Source: Felis catus
Taxonomy: Eukaryota
DNA length: 64,000 nt
Direction: 5' to 3'
Assembly: GCF_018350175.1 (NCBI RefSeq)
Contig: NC_058373.1
Coordinates: 4,836,001-4,900,000, forward strand
Position 1 is the stretch's first letter, and each line of letters opens with the position of its first letter. Below the pieces are notes generated by a model that saw nothing but the letters and a program-made list of their open reading frames with translations, did no database searches and had not been told where the DNA came from. Below are positions 1 through 13,091 of the stretch, piece after piece. The position numbers and the translations under genes are program-made.

Positions 1-140
1 GCATTCCAATAATACATTTCCATTTCCCCTCCTCTGCCTTTGGGTTCTTGTTATATATTTTACTTCTGTGTATTTTGCCACAATACTTTATTGTTATTTT
101 TGCTTTAAATAGTCTATTGTCTTTAAAAATTTTATTTGAA

Positions 141-268
141 GGGGCACCTGGGTGGCTCAGTCGGTTAAGCATCCAACTCTTGATTTCGGCTCAGGTCATG
201 ATCTCACAGTTCGTGAGTTTGAGCCCTGTGTCCAGCTCTGCACTGGCAGCTCAGAGCCTGCTTGGGAT

Positions 269-316
<48 letters not shown>

Positions 317-372
317 CCTTCCCCCACTTGTGCACACACTCTCTCAAAATAAATAAAGTTTAAAAATATTGA
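141..372 (+). mobile_element. CAN-SINE (SINEC)
   Basis: ggggcacctgggtggctcagtcggttaag tRNA-derived head, (CT)n, A-rich tail. Confidence 0.92.
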
Positions 373-480
373 AATAAAAATTGTTTTAAAAAGAAAAGGT
401 GTATATGTATTTACTGACATCTGCTCTTATTCCTTTGTGTTGATCTAGATTTTATTTGGTACTTCTCCTGGAGGACTTTT

Positions 481-1115
481 TTTTTTCTTTTACTTTTTAA
501 TTTACATCCAAGTTAGTTAGCATATAGTGCAATAGTGATTTCAGGAGTAGAATCCAGTGATTCATTCCCTACATGTAACACCCAGTGCTCATCCCAAAAA
601 GTATCCTCCTCAATGCCCCTTGCCCATTTAGCCCATCCCCCCTCCCAGGACCCCTCCAGCAACCCTCAGTTTGTTCTCTATATTTAAGAGTCTCTTGTGA
701 TTTGTCCCCCTCCCTAGTTTTATATTGTTTTTGTTTCCCTTCCCTTATGTTCATCTGTTTCGTATCTTAACTTCCACAAATGAGTGAAGTCATATGATAT
801 TTGTCTTTTTCTGACTAATGTAGCTCAGCATAATACACTCTAGTTCCATCCATGTTGTTGCAAATGGCAAGATTTCATTCTTTTTGATCGCCCAGTAATA
901 CTCCCTTGTATACATATACACATTTTCTTTGTCCATTCATTTGTCGATGGACATTTGGGCTCTCTTTCCATACCTTGGCTATTGTTGATAGTGCTGGTAT
1001 AAACATTGGGGTGCATGTGCCCCTTCGAAACAGCACATCTGTATCCTTTGGATAAATACCTAGCTGTGCATTTGCTGTGTCATAGGGTAGTTCTGTTTTT
1101 AATTTTTTGAGGGAC
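481..1115 (-). mobile_element. 5'-truncated carnivore-type L1 (3' UTR and end of ORF2)
   Basis: Poly(T) then typical carnivore L1 3' sequence (catccaagttagttagcatatagtgc...gttgcaaatggcaagatttcattc); flanking TSD tggaggactttt at 469-480 and 1129-1140. Confidence 0.85.
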
Positions 1116-1191
1116 TGGTATTTTTGCGTGGAGGACTTTTTAAAACATTTTTTGTGGTGTAGGTCTGCTCACGATGAAGGAGTATTTTTTA

Positions 1192-1319
1192 GGGGTGCTT
1201 GGGTGGTTCAGTCGGTTAAGTGCCCAACTCTTGGTTTTGGCTTAGTTCATGATCTCATGGCTTCGTGGGTTCGAGCCCCTCATTGGGCTCTGTGCTGGCA
1301 GTGTGGAGGTTGCTTGAGA

Positions 1320-1360
<41 letters not shown>

Positions 1361-1415
1361 CTTCCCCACTCGTGCTGTCTCTGTCTCTCTCAAATAAACT
1401 TGAAAAAATTTTAAA
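1192..1415 (+). mobile_element. CAN-SINE
   Basis: Head, (CT)n, A tail; TSD gaag(g/a)agtatttttt. Confidence 0.9.
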
Positions 1416-1429
1416 GAAGAAGTATTTTT

Positions 1430-2070
1430 TAATTTTTGTATGTTTGGAAGGCTTTATTTTGCCTTCATTTTTGAAAGAAATTTCTCAGATAGAATTTTAG
1501 GTTGATAATTTTCCTTTTAGTACTTTTAAGATGTTGCTTCAGTGACTTCTGGCGTGTGTTATTTTCAAAGAGAAGTCTGCTGTGATCTTTGTTCCTCTTT
1601 ACATAATGTCTTTTTTAAATCTGGCTGCTTTTACAGTTTTCTCTTTCTCATTGGTTTTAAGCGGTTTGATGATGATTTTAATTTTGTTGTAGTTTTCTTC
1701 AAGTTTCTTTTGCTTGGAGTTTGTTCTGGTTCCTGGATATACAAGTTTATAGATTTAATCAAATTTGGAAAAATTTTGGCCATTATTCAGGTTTTTCCTG
1801 TCTTCCCCTTCCTCCTGACAAATCCCATTACTTGTATGCTAGATTGCTTGATGTTATTGCTCTTCTGCAATTTTTCTAGAAGAGTTGTCATTGAATCGTT
1901 AGGAGTTTTCATTAAATGCTTGGTAAAATTCACCAGTGAATGCCATTTGAAACTGGAGTTTTTCCTTGTTGGAAGGCTTTAAACTATAAATTCGATTTCT
2001 TTAACAGACATCGATCTGTTCACATTATCTGTTTCATGTTCAGTGAGCTTTGGTAGCTTATGTCTTTCAG
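1430..2070 (-). mobile_element. Old L1M-type fragments
   Basis: T-rich antisense L1 ORF2-like motifs (agagaagtctgctg; aaattcaccagtgaa). Confidence 0.6.
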
Positions 2071-2139
2071 TGATGAGAAGATAATGTATATCGGTATAAA
2101 GGTATGTTTGTAAAGATATGTTTTCTGTGTCAGATTTTT

Positions 2140-2256
2140 TATCTTTTTTTTAAGTTGTATTTATTTAAGTAATCTCTACATCCAACATGGGGCTCAAACT
2201 CATGACCCCAAGATCAAGAGTCGCTTGCTCTTCTGACTGAGCCAGCCAAGTGTCCC
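2140..2256 (-). mobile_element. Short CAN-SINE (agtaatctctac type)
   Basis: Reverse head; TSD tgtgtcagattttt on both sides. Confidence 0.85.
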
Positions 2257-5200
2257 ATGTGTCAGATTTTTAAAAGATATAATGGGTTTGTCTTAAATGA
2301 AACTTACCTTACTGTTATTAATATTATGCCTGTTTAGACTATTCCAGATCTTTTGTTATCATCATTTAAGTCATCACTGGGACTGTCAGTGACTTTACTG
2401 GACCATAATAACAGCATCTATTCTGAACACGTTCAATTTTTCCGGCACCATCTGTATGACTTCTAGCTGCCGTCAGGATATTTGCCTCTAATACCCCAGC
2501 TTCTAAGCACTTCCTCTTTCGTGAGTTAGACAGCGGGAGAATTGTGGTTATGGACTGATGAGTCTGTTAGTTTGAGGTCTTCAGAGGAATTGAAGACTTA
2601 GGCCAACTGTAATTTTGTAGCCCTGAGACACATTTTGCTTCCATGGTCACTTCTGTCTTTGCTGGAGATTGCTAGAAGTGTGACTTCTATGAAAATACCC
2701 TATGTGTTGGACTTTCAAATCTCTTTTGGAAGAATAAGAAGTACACTGTGTCTTTGATAACTATAACAGATAAACGCACACGCTATCTAAATGCACTATC
2801 TTCTAGATAGATTATGGCTGTTAAAAAATTTACCAGCTTTTATTTTGCTGAATTTTCTTGAACTCTTGTTATGTATTACTCGCAGTGTATTTTATTTGCT
2901 TGTTTATTTAAGTTTCTTTCTGAGAGAGTGCTCATGTGCGTGCCCACAAGTGACACCGTTTACCGACTGAGCCACCCAGGCGCCTCCAAGTGTCTTTTTG
3001 TTAATGAAAATCTTTCCATTGTCATCTTTCCATTTTCAGAAGGGCACCAGTGCAGCATTGTCAGAACAGGTGCGGGGTATCTAATAAAGTATTCTTTAAA
3101 AGAAACATGAAAGACAAAAATTACAATTTCCTTTGTCCCTGCAAGGTCACTGTTCCACCCATAACCACCCTTCCCTTTTTCCTCAGACTTGTAATACTGC
3201 CTTTCACCATAGAGTCATTGTTGGGAAATTTATCTAATCACCAAAGTCACCCCCATTGTTCTTATTAAGGAGGAAAAGGTTAAAAGTCCCCCTCTGTGTA
3301 TAACTGGTATGTCCCTTAAAAGGCTCGTATACAGCTCAGTCTGTGGCCGAAACCGAGGCAGAAACACAGTATCTGAGCAAAAATTTGAAAACTGTCATGT
3401 TCTCCCTTTCTTTTCTCGCCTCTTTTTCCTACCAACAGCCTTACTCAAAAGAGTAAAATGAAAGAGCCTCCCTAGCTCCTGCTTGGGATTTGCTGCCTCT
3501 CCCTCTTTTTCTGCCCTTACGTGTGTGCACTCACGCGCCCTCTCTCAAAATAAGTAAACATTAAAAAAAAAAAACCTCATTAAAAAAGATACTTGAACTG
3601 ATAGACGTGGCTATTTTTAGATTTTATTTGTTTCGGTGTGAATTGTTTAAGTTTTGCCACAGAAATATTAACATGCTTGATCTGGGGATATTGCCATAGA
3701 CCCTGCTAGGGGTGTTATGTAAATGTATGGTTCTCGCAAGGATTACCTTTTCAAAATTTGGCCGATTTTGAAATATGACACCTTTCTGACTCCTGAATAA
3801 GGGATAATGGAACCATATTTGACATTTGGTAGTTTGTGTGGAATCTCACAGAAATTCGGGATTGGGGCGTAGAATCTATTGTTCTAAGCAGTACTGTGGG
3901 TGATTTTTTTAGTATCAAAAATTTGGAAAATACAGCCTTTAGCTTCATTCCTGACCGTTTATCCACTGGTTGACGATAATCACTTCTTAGAAACTAGTTT
4001 TCCTACTTCTAGCCTCTCCTCCATTTCCTCAGTTCTGTTTTCTGAATCAAAAGGACCATTTTTTTGGTCTTTTCAGAAGCTACCCTCTCAAAGAGGTAGA
4101 GTTTAGGAGACCTGAGTTGTAGTTACTACTCTGCCTGCCAACAGCTGTACAGCCATGAGCACATCACATAACCTCTCTGTGCCTCAGTTTCCCTACCTGT
4201 AAATGGGAGTGTCAAACTAGGTGTCAGGTTGTACCTGTATGCTCGTATTACGCCAGTACTCAAAGAATAGCAAATATTTGTGTCTGTTAGAAAATGTTCA
4301 TATTTTCTTCTTTGAGGATGATGTTAATGGTATCCACAGAGCACATCATATTTCATAGGGGTGCCAGAATTTAAGTCATATTTGAGTTTCCCCAACTGAT
4401 CCCAAAATGCCTTTTCGAAATCATCTCTACGTCTAGTGTGGGGCTCAAAGTCACGACCCCAAGATGAAGAGTCACATGCTATACCGACTAAGCCAGCCAG
4501 GCACCCCCCAAAATGTCTTGAATAGTTGGGATTTTTTCTTACAAGCATTTTTTTGTTTTGAACAAAGATCCAGTCAGAATGCATTGAATGCATTTGGTTG
4601 TGTCTCCTTAGTCCTTTTTAATCTAGAACAGTCTCCCACCTTTATTTTCATGATGTTGAGTTTTTGAAGACTAGACCCGTTGTCTTGCAGCATGTCCACA
4701 CGCACACATATGTTTTTAAGGAACAAAAATGAGTCCGTCATCCTCTCTGCTTTTACCCATTATCCAGTCTCAGTCTGACACAGTTAGCTCACATTATTTC
4801 CCTCACATGAAACGCCTTTTTGGTGTTGTATCTGCTTCTTCAAGTCCTAGAATTTGACGATTTGTCAAGTAGTGGCCTAACACTTCGAGTCCTAACTGTG
4901 TGACTGACGAGCTGTATGACTTTGGCGAAGTCATTTCCTCCCTCTGAGACTAGGTTTCCTCAACCATAAAATGAGGAGTGCAGTCACGTGCCATCAAATA
5001 GCCCACGGTTATCAAGAGGTAAGTGTTGTGGGGAAGTACGTCCTGAAGGAGTTCAGGAGCACTGGTCTGTTACTTTCGGCCGGTGTGTATCATGGATGAA
5101 ATTGAACTTGAGGGGAACTGTCCCGTAGCCTAAATGAAATAACGTCTGTTGAAAGTTCTGAACGTAAGTTTCCCGGAAGGGTAGCGTGTTTAGCAAACGA

Positions 5201-5399
5201 AAAGGAGAAAGGTTGTTGGGTGGTAGGAGGGCTGTTCCGGGATGCCGATGGATAATCATGACTGCATTTGAAAGAACGTTTCAGAGCTTCGGCTGCCCTG
5301 ATGGTACTGCGTGAAACGTTTTAAATTGATACTACTCTCAGTCGCTTTCTTGAGCGGGGATAATTATGGCTCTGATTTTCCTCTCTTTTGTTTTTACAG

Positions 5400-5509
5400 C
5401 TGTATTATCAAGTCCTAAATTTTGGAATGATCGTTTCCTCGGCACTAATGATCTGGAAGGGGTTAATGGTCATAACCGGAAGTGAAAGTCCGATCGTAGT
5501 GGTGCTCAG
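5400..5509 (+). CDS. SEC11A: SEC11A exon 2 (signal peptidase complex catalytic subunit); exon 1 is outside the window
   Basis: Acceptor ttttacag|CTG, donor CAG|gtaac; 110 nt; translates [36 protein letters not shown](S). Confidence 0.97.
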
Positions 5510-6340
5510 GTAACAACTTCTTTTCACCGCATAGGGTTGCACGGCATTACTTGAGAGAAAAATGGACTGACTGAATAACCGTTGTATTATTGTTCTAGAA
5601 ACTACATTTTCCCAGAAGAGGGCCTGAAAGAAAGTTAGTTCCTAGTTTTCAACTGAGAAATGCACAGCCTTGTTAGGCACTTACCATTCAGACCCCAAAG
5701 GGCTCATGACTTTTCTATAAAACAATTACTCTGTTGTGAGTTTTCTTTTGGGCACATCTCTTAAGAAAGTGTTTCAATGTACTGTGTTTTCCTGAAATTC
5801 TTCTGTCTTGGTGTGCTCTTCATTCTGATAAGTCAAGACTGATACTTAGTTGTTAGTTTACTAGATTATGTATCCTCTCCACGAATTAAGAGTTTTTCTG
5901 CTGTGGCACTCAGTGTCAGTACAGAAGCATCGCTGATTATTTCCGTGTTTCCTGCTGACCTTTAAATATCACTTCTAAATAGACTTCAGGATTTTGAAGA
6001 TACCAATGCTGTCTCTTAAAGTGACAGATAGTACTGATTTTTTTTCCACCGTTCCTCCTTCTCTACCCTCGTATTCATACTCTAGTGCTTTAAAAAAAAA
6101 AAAAACTAATTTAGTAACTAACTCCTTCTGGGAGAATTACCACTTGGTTGTTGAATTGAATCATTATAGTTCTGTCTTACTTGGGGTTTAATTATGTAAG
6201 CTGTTTTCAAGTCTTTTCTGGAGATAATGGTGTGTTAATATAAAATAAATCACTAATGTGTAAATTCTAGGTACTAGTACATTACTGTTAACAAGATCAA
6301 TTTGATTCCTTCATTGTCATATTAGGATATATGAATTTCA

Positions 6341-6590
6341 GGGGTGCCTGGGTGGCTCAGTCGGTTGAACATCCAACTTCGGCTCAGGTCATGATCTTGC
6401 GGTCCGTGAGTTTGAGCCCCACATTGGGCTCTGTGCTGATAGCTCAAAGCCTGGAGCCTGCTTCAGATTCTGTGCCTCCTTCTCTCCCTGCACTTCCCCC
6501 ACTTGCTCTCTCTTTCTCTCTTTCTCTCTTTCTCTCTCTCCCTCTCCCAAAAACAAATAAACATTAAAGAAAAATTTAAAAGAAAGAAAA
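6341..6590 (+). mobile_element. CAN-SINE
   Basis: Head, (CT)n, A tail. Confidence 0.92.
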
Positions 6591-7622
6591 GGATGTGCAA
6601 ATTTCAGCAACAAGTGGTTCCAGCACCAGGGCGCTGGGTCTCCAGTGTCTCACCTTACTTGCTCTTACGCATACCTTTGTTCTATGCTTCTTAACAGTCA
6701 CACGGAACTGTAATTCTAGAGATCCAAAGGCATGGATTTTGTTAGCTGGGAAAGCATTTAATGTACTAGTCTGGGAGTATAGAGACTTCGCCCCAAGTTC
6801 CCAGACAGTTTTAGACTCAGTGGAGAGCTTCAGTTTCAAACACTGACAGGAGAAACCACACTAATTGGCGCTGTGGGGAAAAGGTGTAGAGAGAGAGCCC
6901 GGGGAGGCTTCTTTTCGAGAGTCTTCTGGGATTCTTTCGTATTGAGTTCCCTTCAGTGGAGCTGCTTAAGGACGGTCTCATGGCCCTTAAAATGGAGATG
7001 TTGGATGAACAGGGGATTCAACTAAGGCCCTGCTCGACACAGTGGTGGTCCTGCAGCTAGAAAATTTGTAATATCATTTGGGGCTTAAAAGTGGCATTGG
7101 GATAAGTTATTTTGCAGCGAGGTTTATTTATATACTAAGCTTTTCCGATTACCAGTGTGAAATAAGGAAAGGAAATTAAAAGAGACCAGGTCCTATTGGA
7201 AGAGAATTTGATCAAGGCTGGAAGGAGCAGTCACTAGAGAAAGGTCATGTATGTGATTGGGTGGCCAAGTAAAAGCAGGTGGCCCAGGTTTCATGTAACT
7301 TCGAGGAATATAATTTTTACGTGGAACCAAATATGCCTCAAAGGACTCAGGCTAACCGAGAACCCTCCTTTAAGACTTTCGTGAAGTCATTGGGGATAAA
7401 GACAAATAACTTTTCTTTGTTAATAATTTTTTATTTATTTTTTAAATTCCAATATAATTAACATGCAGTGTTATGTTAGTTTCAGGTGAAGACAAATACT
7501 TGCATTAACTGAGTTTCAGGGAACTTTCAAAACTTTTTTTCCCCTTTAATAGAGCTGAAGTCCATTTTAAAATATTTCAGTGGTTTATATATAACTTTTT
7601 ATAAAGTTATGATTGATGTATT

Positions 7623-7797
7623 AAATTTTTTTTAATGTTTATTTCTGAGACAGAGAGAGACAGAGCACAAGTGGGGGAGGGGCAGAGAGAGGGGGTGACA
7701 CAGAATCCGAAGCAGGCTCCAGGCTCTGAGTTGTCAGCACAGAGCCCGACGCGGGGCTCGAACCCACGAGCTGTAAGATCATGACCTGAGCCGAAGT
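7623..7797 (-). mobile_element. CAN-SINE, 5'-truncated, followed by an L2-like relic to about 8150
   Basis: Reverse tail and body ending at gccgaagtc; L2-like ggacatctccatctgaatg...tgtagtgacct follows. Confidence 0.8.
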
Positions 7798-8487
7798 CTA
7801 GATTTCTAGATTTTTCTCTCTGATATCTAGACTTGTTTTCACCCTACCCTGGACATCTCCATCTGAATGTTGACCGGGCACTTGAAACTCCACGTAATAA
7901 AAGTAAAATTCATCTCCTTTCCCACACACCTATTCTTCTTCCCCGTTTCTGTGACCGTCACTGCCATCTGCTCCATTGCCATTGTTGAAAACCCCAGAGT
8001 CATCCTTGCTCACCCCTTTCTGTCATATCCGATTGGCCATCAAATTTGTTGTTTTCCCTCTCTCTTCTACTCTTTTATAATTGTCTCCCCTGCTGTTGTT
8101 CTATTTCAGGCCCTCAGCATTTCCTGCCTGGGCTGTTGTAGTGACCTTTAAAAATATGCTTTTACAATCAGAAAAAGTTAACATATTTTCATTGTATGAA
8201 ACATTGAAAACACAAAGAATCTAGATGACGTGAAGTCACCCGTAGTTTGGGATATAATGAATATTACCATTTTAGTCTCTTTTTTCATGTATATTACTTC
8301 CTACATAATTGAAGTAATTCTGTATGTGCATCCTTTTCTTTATTTGTCCCCTTGTGATTCTCCCGTGTCCGTATTTTTAATAACAGTTTTAATGGTTGCC
8401 AAGTAATAGTTTGGACAACTGGTCTCCCAGTCTACCTTCTGGTCTTTTTTAGTTTACTCATTATTTCAGTAAATATTTAAATGTCCT

Positions 8488-8935
8488 GGGGCGCCTGGAT
8501 GGCTCAGTTGGTCAGGCATCCGACTTCGGCTCAGGTTATGATCTCACCATTTGTGGGTTCAAGCCCTGCATCAGGCTCTGTGCTGACAGCTCAGAGCCTG
8601 CAGCCTGCTTCCGATTCTGTGTCTCCCTTTCTCTAACCCTCCCCCACTCACATTCTGTCTCTTTGTCTCGCTCTCAAAAATAAACATTAAATGGGGCGCC
8701 TGGGTGGCGCAGTCGGTTAAGCGTCCGACTTCAGCCAGGTCACGATCTCGCAGTCCATGAGTTCGAGCCCCGCGTCAGGCTCTGGGCTGATGGCTCGGAG
8801 CCTGGAGCCTGTTTCTGATTCTGTGTCTCCCTCTCTCTCTGCCCCTCCCCCGTTCATGCTCTGTCTCTCTCTGTCCCAAAAATAAATAAAAACGTTGAAG
8901 AAAAAAAAAATTTTTTTTTAAATAAACATTAAAAA
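8488..8935 (+). mobile_element. Two nested CAN-SINEs; a young copy (8693-8920) inserted in the A-tail of an older one
   Basis: Two heads at 8488 and 8693; inner TSD aataaacattaaa; outer TSD aatatttaaat(g/a)tcct. Confidence 0.92.
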
Positions 8936-8984
8936 AATTAATATTTAAATATCCTTTACTCTGTAGCTTCTGAAGTGATGTTTC

Positions 8985-9209
8985 TTTTTTTTTTTTTTTA
9001 ACTTTTTTTTAATGTTTATTTATTTTTGAGACAGAGACAGAGCATGAGCAGGGAAGGGGCAGAGAGAGAGGGAGACACAGAATCAGAAGCAGGCTCCAGG
9101 CGCCGAGCTGTCAGCACAGAGCCCGACGCGGGGCTCGAACTCACGAACTGTGAGATCATGACCTGAGCCAAAGTCAGCCGCTTAACCGACTGAGCCACCC
9201 AGGTGCCCC
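8985..9209 (-). mobile_element. CAN-SINE
   Basis: Reverse element; TSD gaagtga(t/c)gtttctt. Confidence 0.92.
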
Positions 9210-9417
9210 AGAAGTGACGTTTCTTAAATGCAGTATGATTATAATACTCCCTAAAATTCTGGTGTGGTTCAGAGGCAGTTTAGCACAGTGAGAGTAGATT
9301 CTGTTGGACTCCCTGTTCAAATCTCCTCTTTATAATTTTTTTGGCTGATAACTTTCTACTTTTCTTAGGCTCAATCTCTTTATCTATAAAGTTGGGGTAA
9401 TAATAATATCTAAATCA

Positions 9418-9577
9418 GGGGCGCCTGGGTGGCTCCATTGGTTGAGCATACAGCTTTGGCTCAGGTCATGATCTCACAGTTCATGGGTTCAAGACCACAT
9501 TGAGCTCTGTGCTGACAGCTCAGAGCCTGGAGCCTGCTTCAGATTCTGTGTCTCCCTCTCTCTTTGCCCCTCCCCCA

Positions 9578-9625
<48 letters not shown>

Positions 9626-9890
9626 AAAAAAAAAAAAAAAAAATAAGGGGCGCCTGGGTGGCGCAGTCGGTTAAGCGTCCGACTTCAGCCAGGTCACGAT
9701 CTCGCGGTCCGTGAGTTCGAGCCCCACGTCAGGCTCTGGGCTGATGGCTCGGAGCCTGGAGCCTGTTTCCGATTCTGTGTCTCCCTCTCTCTCTGCCCCT
9801 CCCCCGTTCATGCTCTGTCTCTCTCTGTCCCAAAAATAAATAAACGTTAAAAAAAAATAAATAAATAAGTGTTAAAAAAAATAATAAAAA
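9418..9890 (+). mobile_element. Two nested CAN-SINEs inside a MIR relic (about 9270-9975)
   Basis: Heads at 9418 and 9647; MIR-like flanks (tatctataaagttggggtaataataa ... gttgttctgaagatt ... gctcaataaa). Confidence 0.9.
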
Positions 9891-10240
9891 ATATCTACAT
9901 CATAGAGTTGTTCTGAAGATTATTTAAAAGAAACAGAATAGCACTTTGTATACAGTAAATGCTCAATAAAAATGAACTATTAAACCATAGCAACTCAGCT
10001 TTATTTTGTTTTATTTATATACTTTTCAAGCAAGGTTTTATTTGAGCAAAGGATGTCACTGATTTTAAAAAGCAATCAGTAAAACCTTGAAACTACATGT
10101 CTAGAATACTTTCTCTAACGTTTTCACCAAACACCTGTCCTGTCTTCTGCCTGAACATCTGAAAAAGGGAACACTCATTGCCCCCTGAGGAACCTTAACA
10201 AAAGTGTTGAGAATAAACATGTCCCGGAAAATCCATGTAC

Positions 10241-10422
10241 GTAGCGGTTCCCAGATTTTACTATACGTTGGAATCACCTGGGGTCTTTACAGAATACTGC
10301 TGCCTGCCTCCCATTCCCAGGGATTCTGCTTTATATTGGCCAGAGATACGACCTAGAGTGTGGAATTTTTTTAAAAGTTCCCCGGGTGATTCTAATATGC
10401 AGCAAAGTTTGGGAACCACTGC
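10241..10422. mobile_element. MER5-family hAT DNA transposon (MER5A-like)
   Basis: gcggttccc...gaatcacctgg...ggtgattctaatatgcagcaaagtttgggaaccactg with terminal inverted repeats. Confidence 0.75.
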
Positions 10423-11330
10423 TATATTCTCTTATGAGGTCCCAGAGTCTCCATAAAGACATGTTTGGACTTTGTCATTATTCTTATATTAGATTTTAAT
10501 CCTTATCTATTTTTCTCTTACTAAATCTATTGTTACTGAGCACTGGAGTTCGAGTTTCAGAAAATAATACTGATGGGCTATTTCTTCATAGCAAGAAAAG
10601 GTTCGTTAATTAGTACAAATATCATAGGACCTTTGAAGAACTTGGTACAGGGTGGACCAGAGGAGAGGTGAGAAGACGCTCTAGAAGTTTGTCTTCACTA
10701 ATCACCATGGCATTGAATCCTTTACTCGTTTCTGAAATTCTTAGACAAAAATCCCTGCTCTTGTTCTTGGTTTTCTTTCTTGTGTCTCCTTTTAAAATAA
10801 ACAAGTGGAGAACAGAAGCATTATCTTTGTAGCTGACTGTTCTTTGACTTGATGGGCTTTTTTTCCTTCTAAATGGGTCGAAACCGTAAGGTCATCTTGG
10901 TCTATATCTTTATAAATGGCAGAAGATGACCCAGTTCTCATTTGAATATATTTTGAATAATGTTTAGCGTTTTCAGATGAGGTGGGAATAAGGGCAGTGT
11001 TTATAAAGTTCATTCTTTTATATTCCATTTGTCACTTGAAATTTTAAAAGGTTAAGGAATTAGTAACATTGCCCTTTTCAAGATTTAAGCTCCTTTGAAT
11101 AGTAATGCTTGAAATGGATCTAGTTAGTAAAGGCTAAAAACTGAAGAAAGCTTTGTGTAACTCATTAGTCCGTGGAAACCATATTTTAAGAGTATACATT
11201 GATGTTGATATATTTGTTAAGGTATTGAGTATATTCCAAGGGTGGTACTTTTGATTGTTTTGTTGAGTATCTAATTTTGAAAGTAATTTTAATCTCACAC
11301 TTTCTTTTTACTAACTTCTTTCCCTCATAG

Positions 11331-11480
11331 TGGCAGCATGGAACCTGCATTTCATAGAGGAGATCTTCTCTTTTTAACAAACCGAGTTGAAGATCCCATC
11401 CGAGTGGGAGAAATTGTTGTTTTTAGGATAGAAGGAAGAGAGATTCCTATAGTTCATCGAGTCTTGAAGATTCATGAAAA
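11331..11480 (+). CDS. SEC11A: SEC11A exon 3, containing the catalytic Ser (GSM) and His (IVHR)
   Basis: ccctcatag|TGG ... AAAA|gtatgt; 150 nt; [49 protein letters not shown](K). Confidence 0.98.
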
Positions 11481-11788
11481 GTATGTGCAAACTATATTTT
11501 CTCTGTTTGAAAATGTTTTCATGTTTTAGTGTTTTGAGTATTTAATTTTGATGGCCTGAAGATTAAGAAGTGTGGGGAGCACCTACGTACTTCTTCCAGT
11601 CCATGTTTATGAACACCTGAAGGTTTGGTAGACATTTGGAAAACTAAGTAATTTATTAATTCATTTATCTCTCTGAAGTTTTTTCTGGAAGTTTTTCTTG
11701 GTTGCCTTTTACTTCACAATCAGATCCATAGCCCTGTATATCATCCCCCAGAGCACATGACATAACAGATGGTCCCAAATAGAATCTT

Positions 11789-11997
11789 CTTTTTTTTTTT
11801 TTAATGTTTATTTTTGAGAGAGAGAGAGCATGCAAGCACAGGAGGGGCAGAGAGAGAGGACGACACAGAATCCGAAGCAGGCTCCAGACTCTGAGCTGTC
11901 AGCACAGAGCCCGACACGGGACTTGTACTCACAAACCGCGAGATCATGACCTGAGCCGAAGTCGGATGCTTAACCCACTGAGCCACCCAGGCACCCC
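11789..11997 (-). mobile_element. CAN-SINE
   Basis: Reverse element; TSD aaatagaat. Confidence 0.92.
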
Positions 11998-12202
11998 CCC
12001 AAAATAGAATTTTCTAATGTAATTGATGAAGTAGCCCTCCTTAATCTTTTGAAAAAAAAATCTTTAAGGCAATCTAATAGATAATGTCAAACAAGAATAA
12101 ATTTATCAACTTTTTCAAATTCCAAAGAAACTTTCTGAAATATAATTACTCTTTTAAACATAGACCCTTCTTGCATTTCAGAATTAGAACGGGGTGGGGT
12201 GG

Positions 12203-12347
12203 GGGGCACCTGGGTGGCTCAGTCGGTTAAGCATTGACTTGAGCTCAGGTCATGATCTCACAGTTCGTGAGTTCAAGCCCCGCGTCTGTGCTGACAGCTC
12301 CGAGCCTGGAGCCCGCTTCAGATTTTGTGTCTTCCTCTCTGTCTGAC
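12203..12347 (+). mobile_element. CAN-SINE cut by an assembly gap
   Basis: Head and body, then an N-run. Confidence 0.85.
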
Positions 12348-12493
12348 NNNNNNNNNNNNNNNNNNNNNNNNNNNNNNNNNNNNNNNNNNNNNNNNNNNNN
12401 NNNNNNNNNNNNNNNNNNNNNNNNNNNNNNNNNNNNNNNNNNNNNNNNNNNNNNNNNNNNNNNNNNNNNNNNNNNNNNNNNNNNNNNNNNNNN
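12348..12493. other. Assembly gap
   Basis: 146 N. Confidence 1.
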
Positions 12494-13091
12494 ACATATG
12501 TAAAACCTTTAGAATCACCTGGAGGTAGAGGTGGGGCATAACAATGAGCAAAAAACTTTACCTCTCTTGGTGGGCTTCTTTATCTGTAATATTAAGAGGT
12601 TTTAGAAGATGAATTACAAGATCTGTGAGTTCTGAGCCTGTGCTTCCCTGTCCAGCTCTGTATTCCTCACCCCCTCCCTTCTAAATCTATGGTACTTCTA
12701 GCTTAGGAATCATTCAGGAGGGAAGGAAAGAAAAAAATGAAGGAAAAAGTAGGTGTCCTGGAGGACACACAGAGGACAAGTAGAACGGTGAGCAGGTGAT
12801 TTAGGCTCTTGGGAATGAGGGGGAGCCCTAAATAAATATTATCTTATTCTTACCCCACCCTCTAGGGTAATTTTTTTCTCCACTTAAAGAAGAAGGACCT
12901 GTCAACTGTTGCTTTTCGACAATCCCCTAAACATTCTAGTTTAAGAGAATTCCTTCTTCACTGATGAAATGAAGATCTGACTGCTCTTTTTTTTCAAACT
13001 TCAGTCTGTATTTTGAAAGATTATAATTTTAAAACAGCATTCTGCTATTGACTAGAAAGGAATGACTGAATTTTTTTAGAAATTTAGTTTG

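Noticed and set aside
141-230. tRNA-like A/B box sequences
   Set aside because: These are tRNA-derived SINE heads, not tRNA genes
48-420. Many 60-100 aa ORFs such as MAQSVKHPT... or ...ERERERE
   Set aside because: They are translations of CAN-SINE bodies and (CT)n tracts, and recur at nearly every SINE
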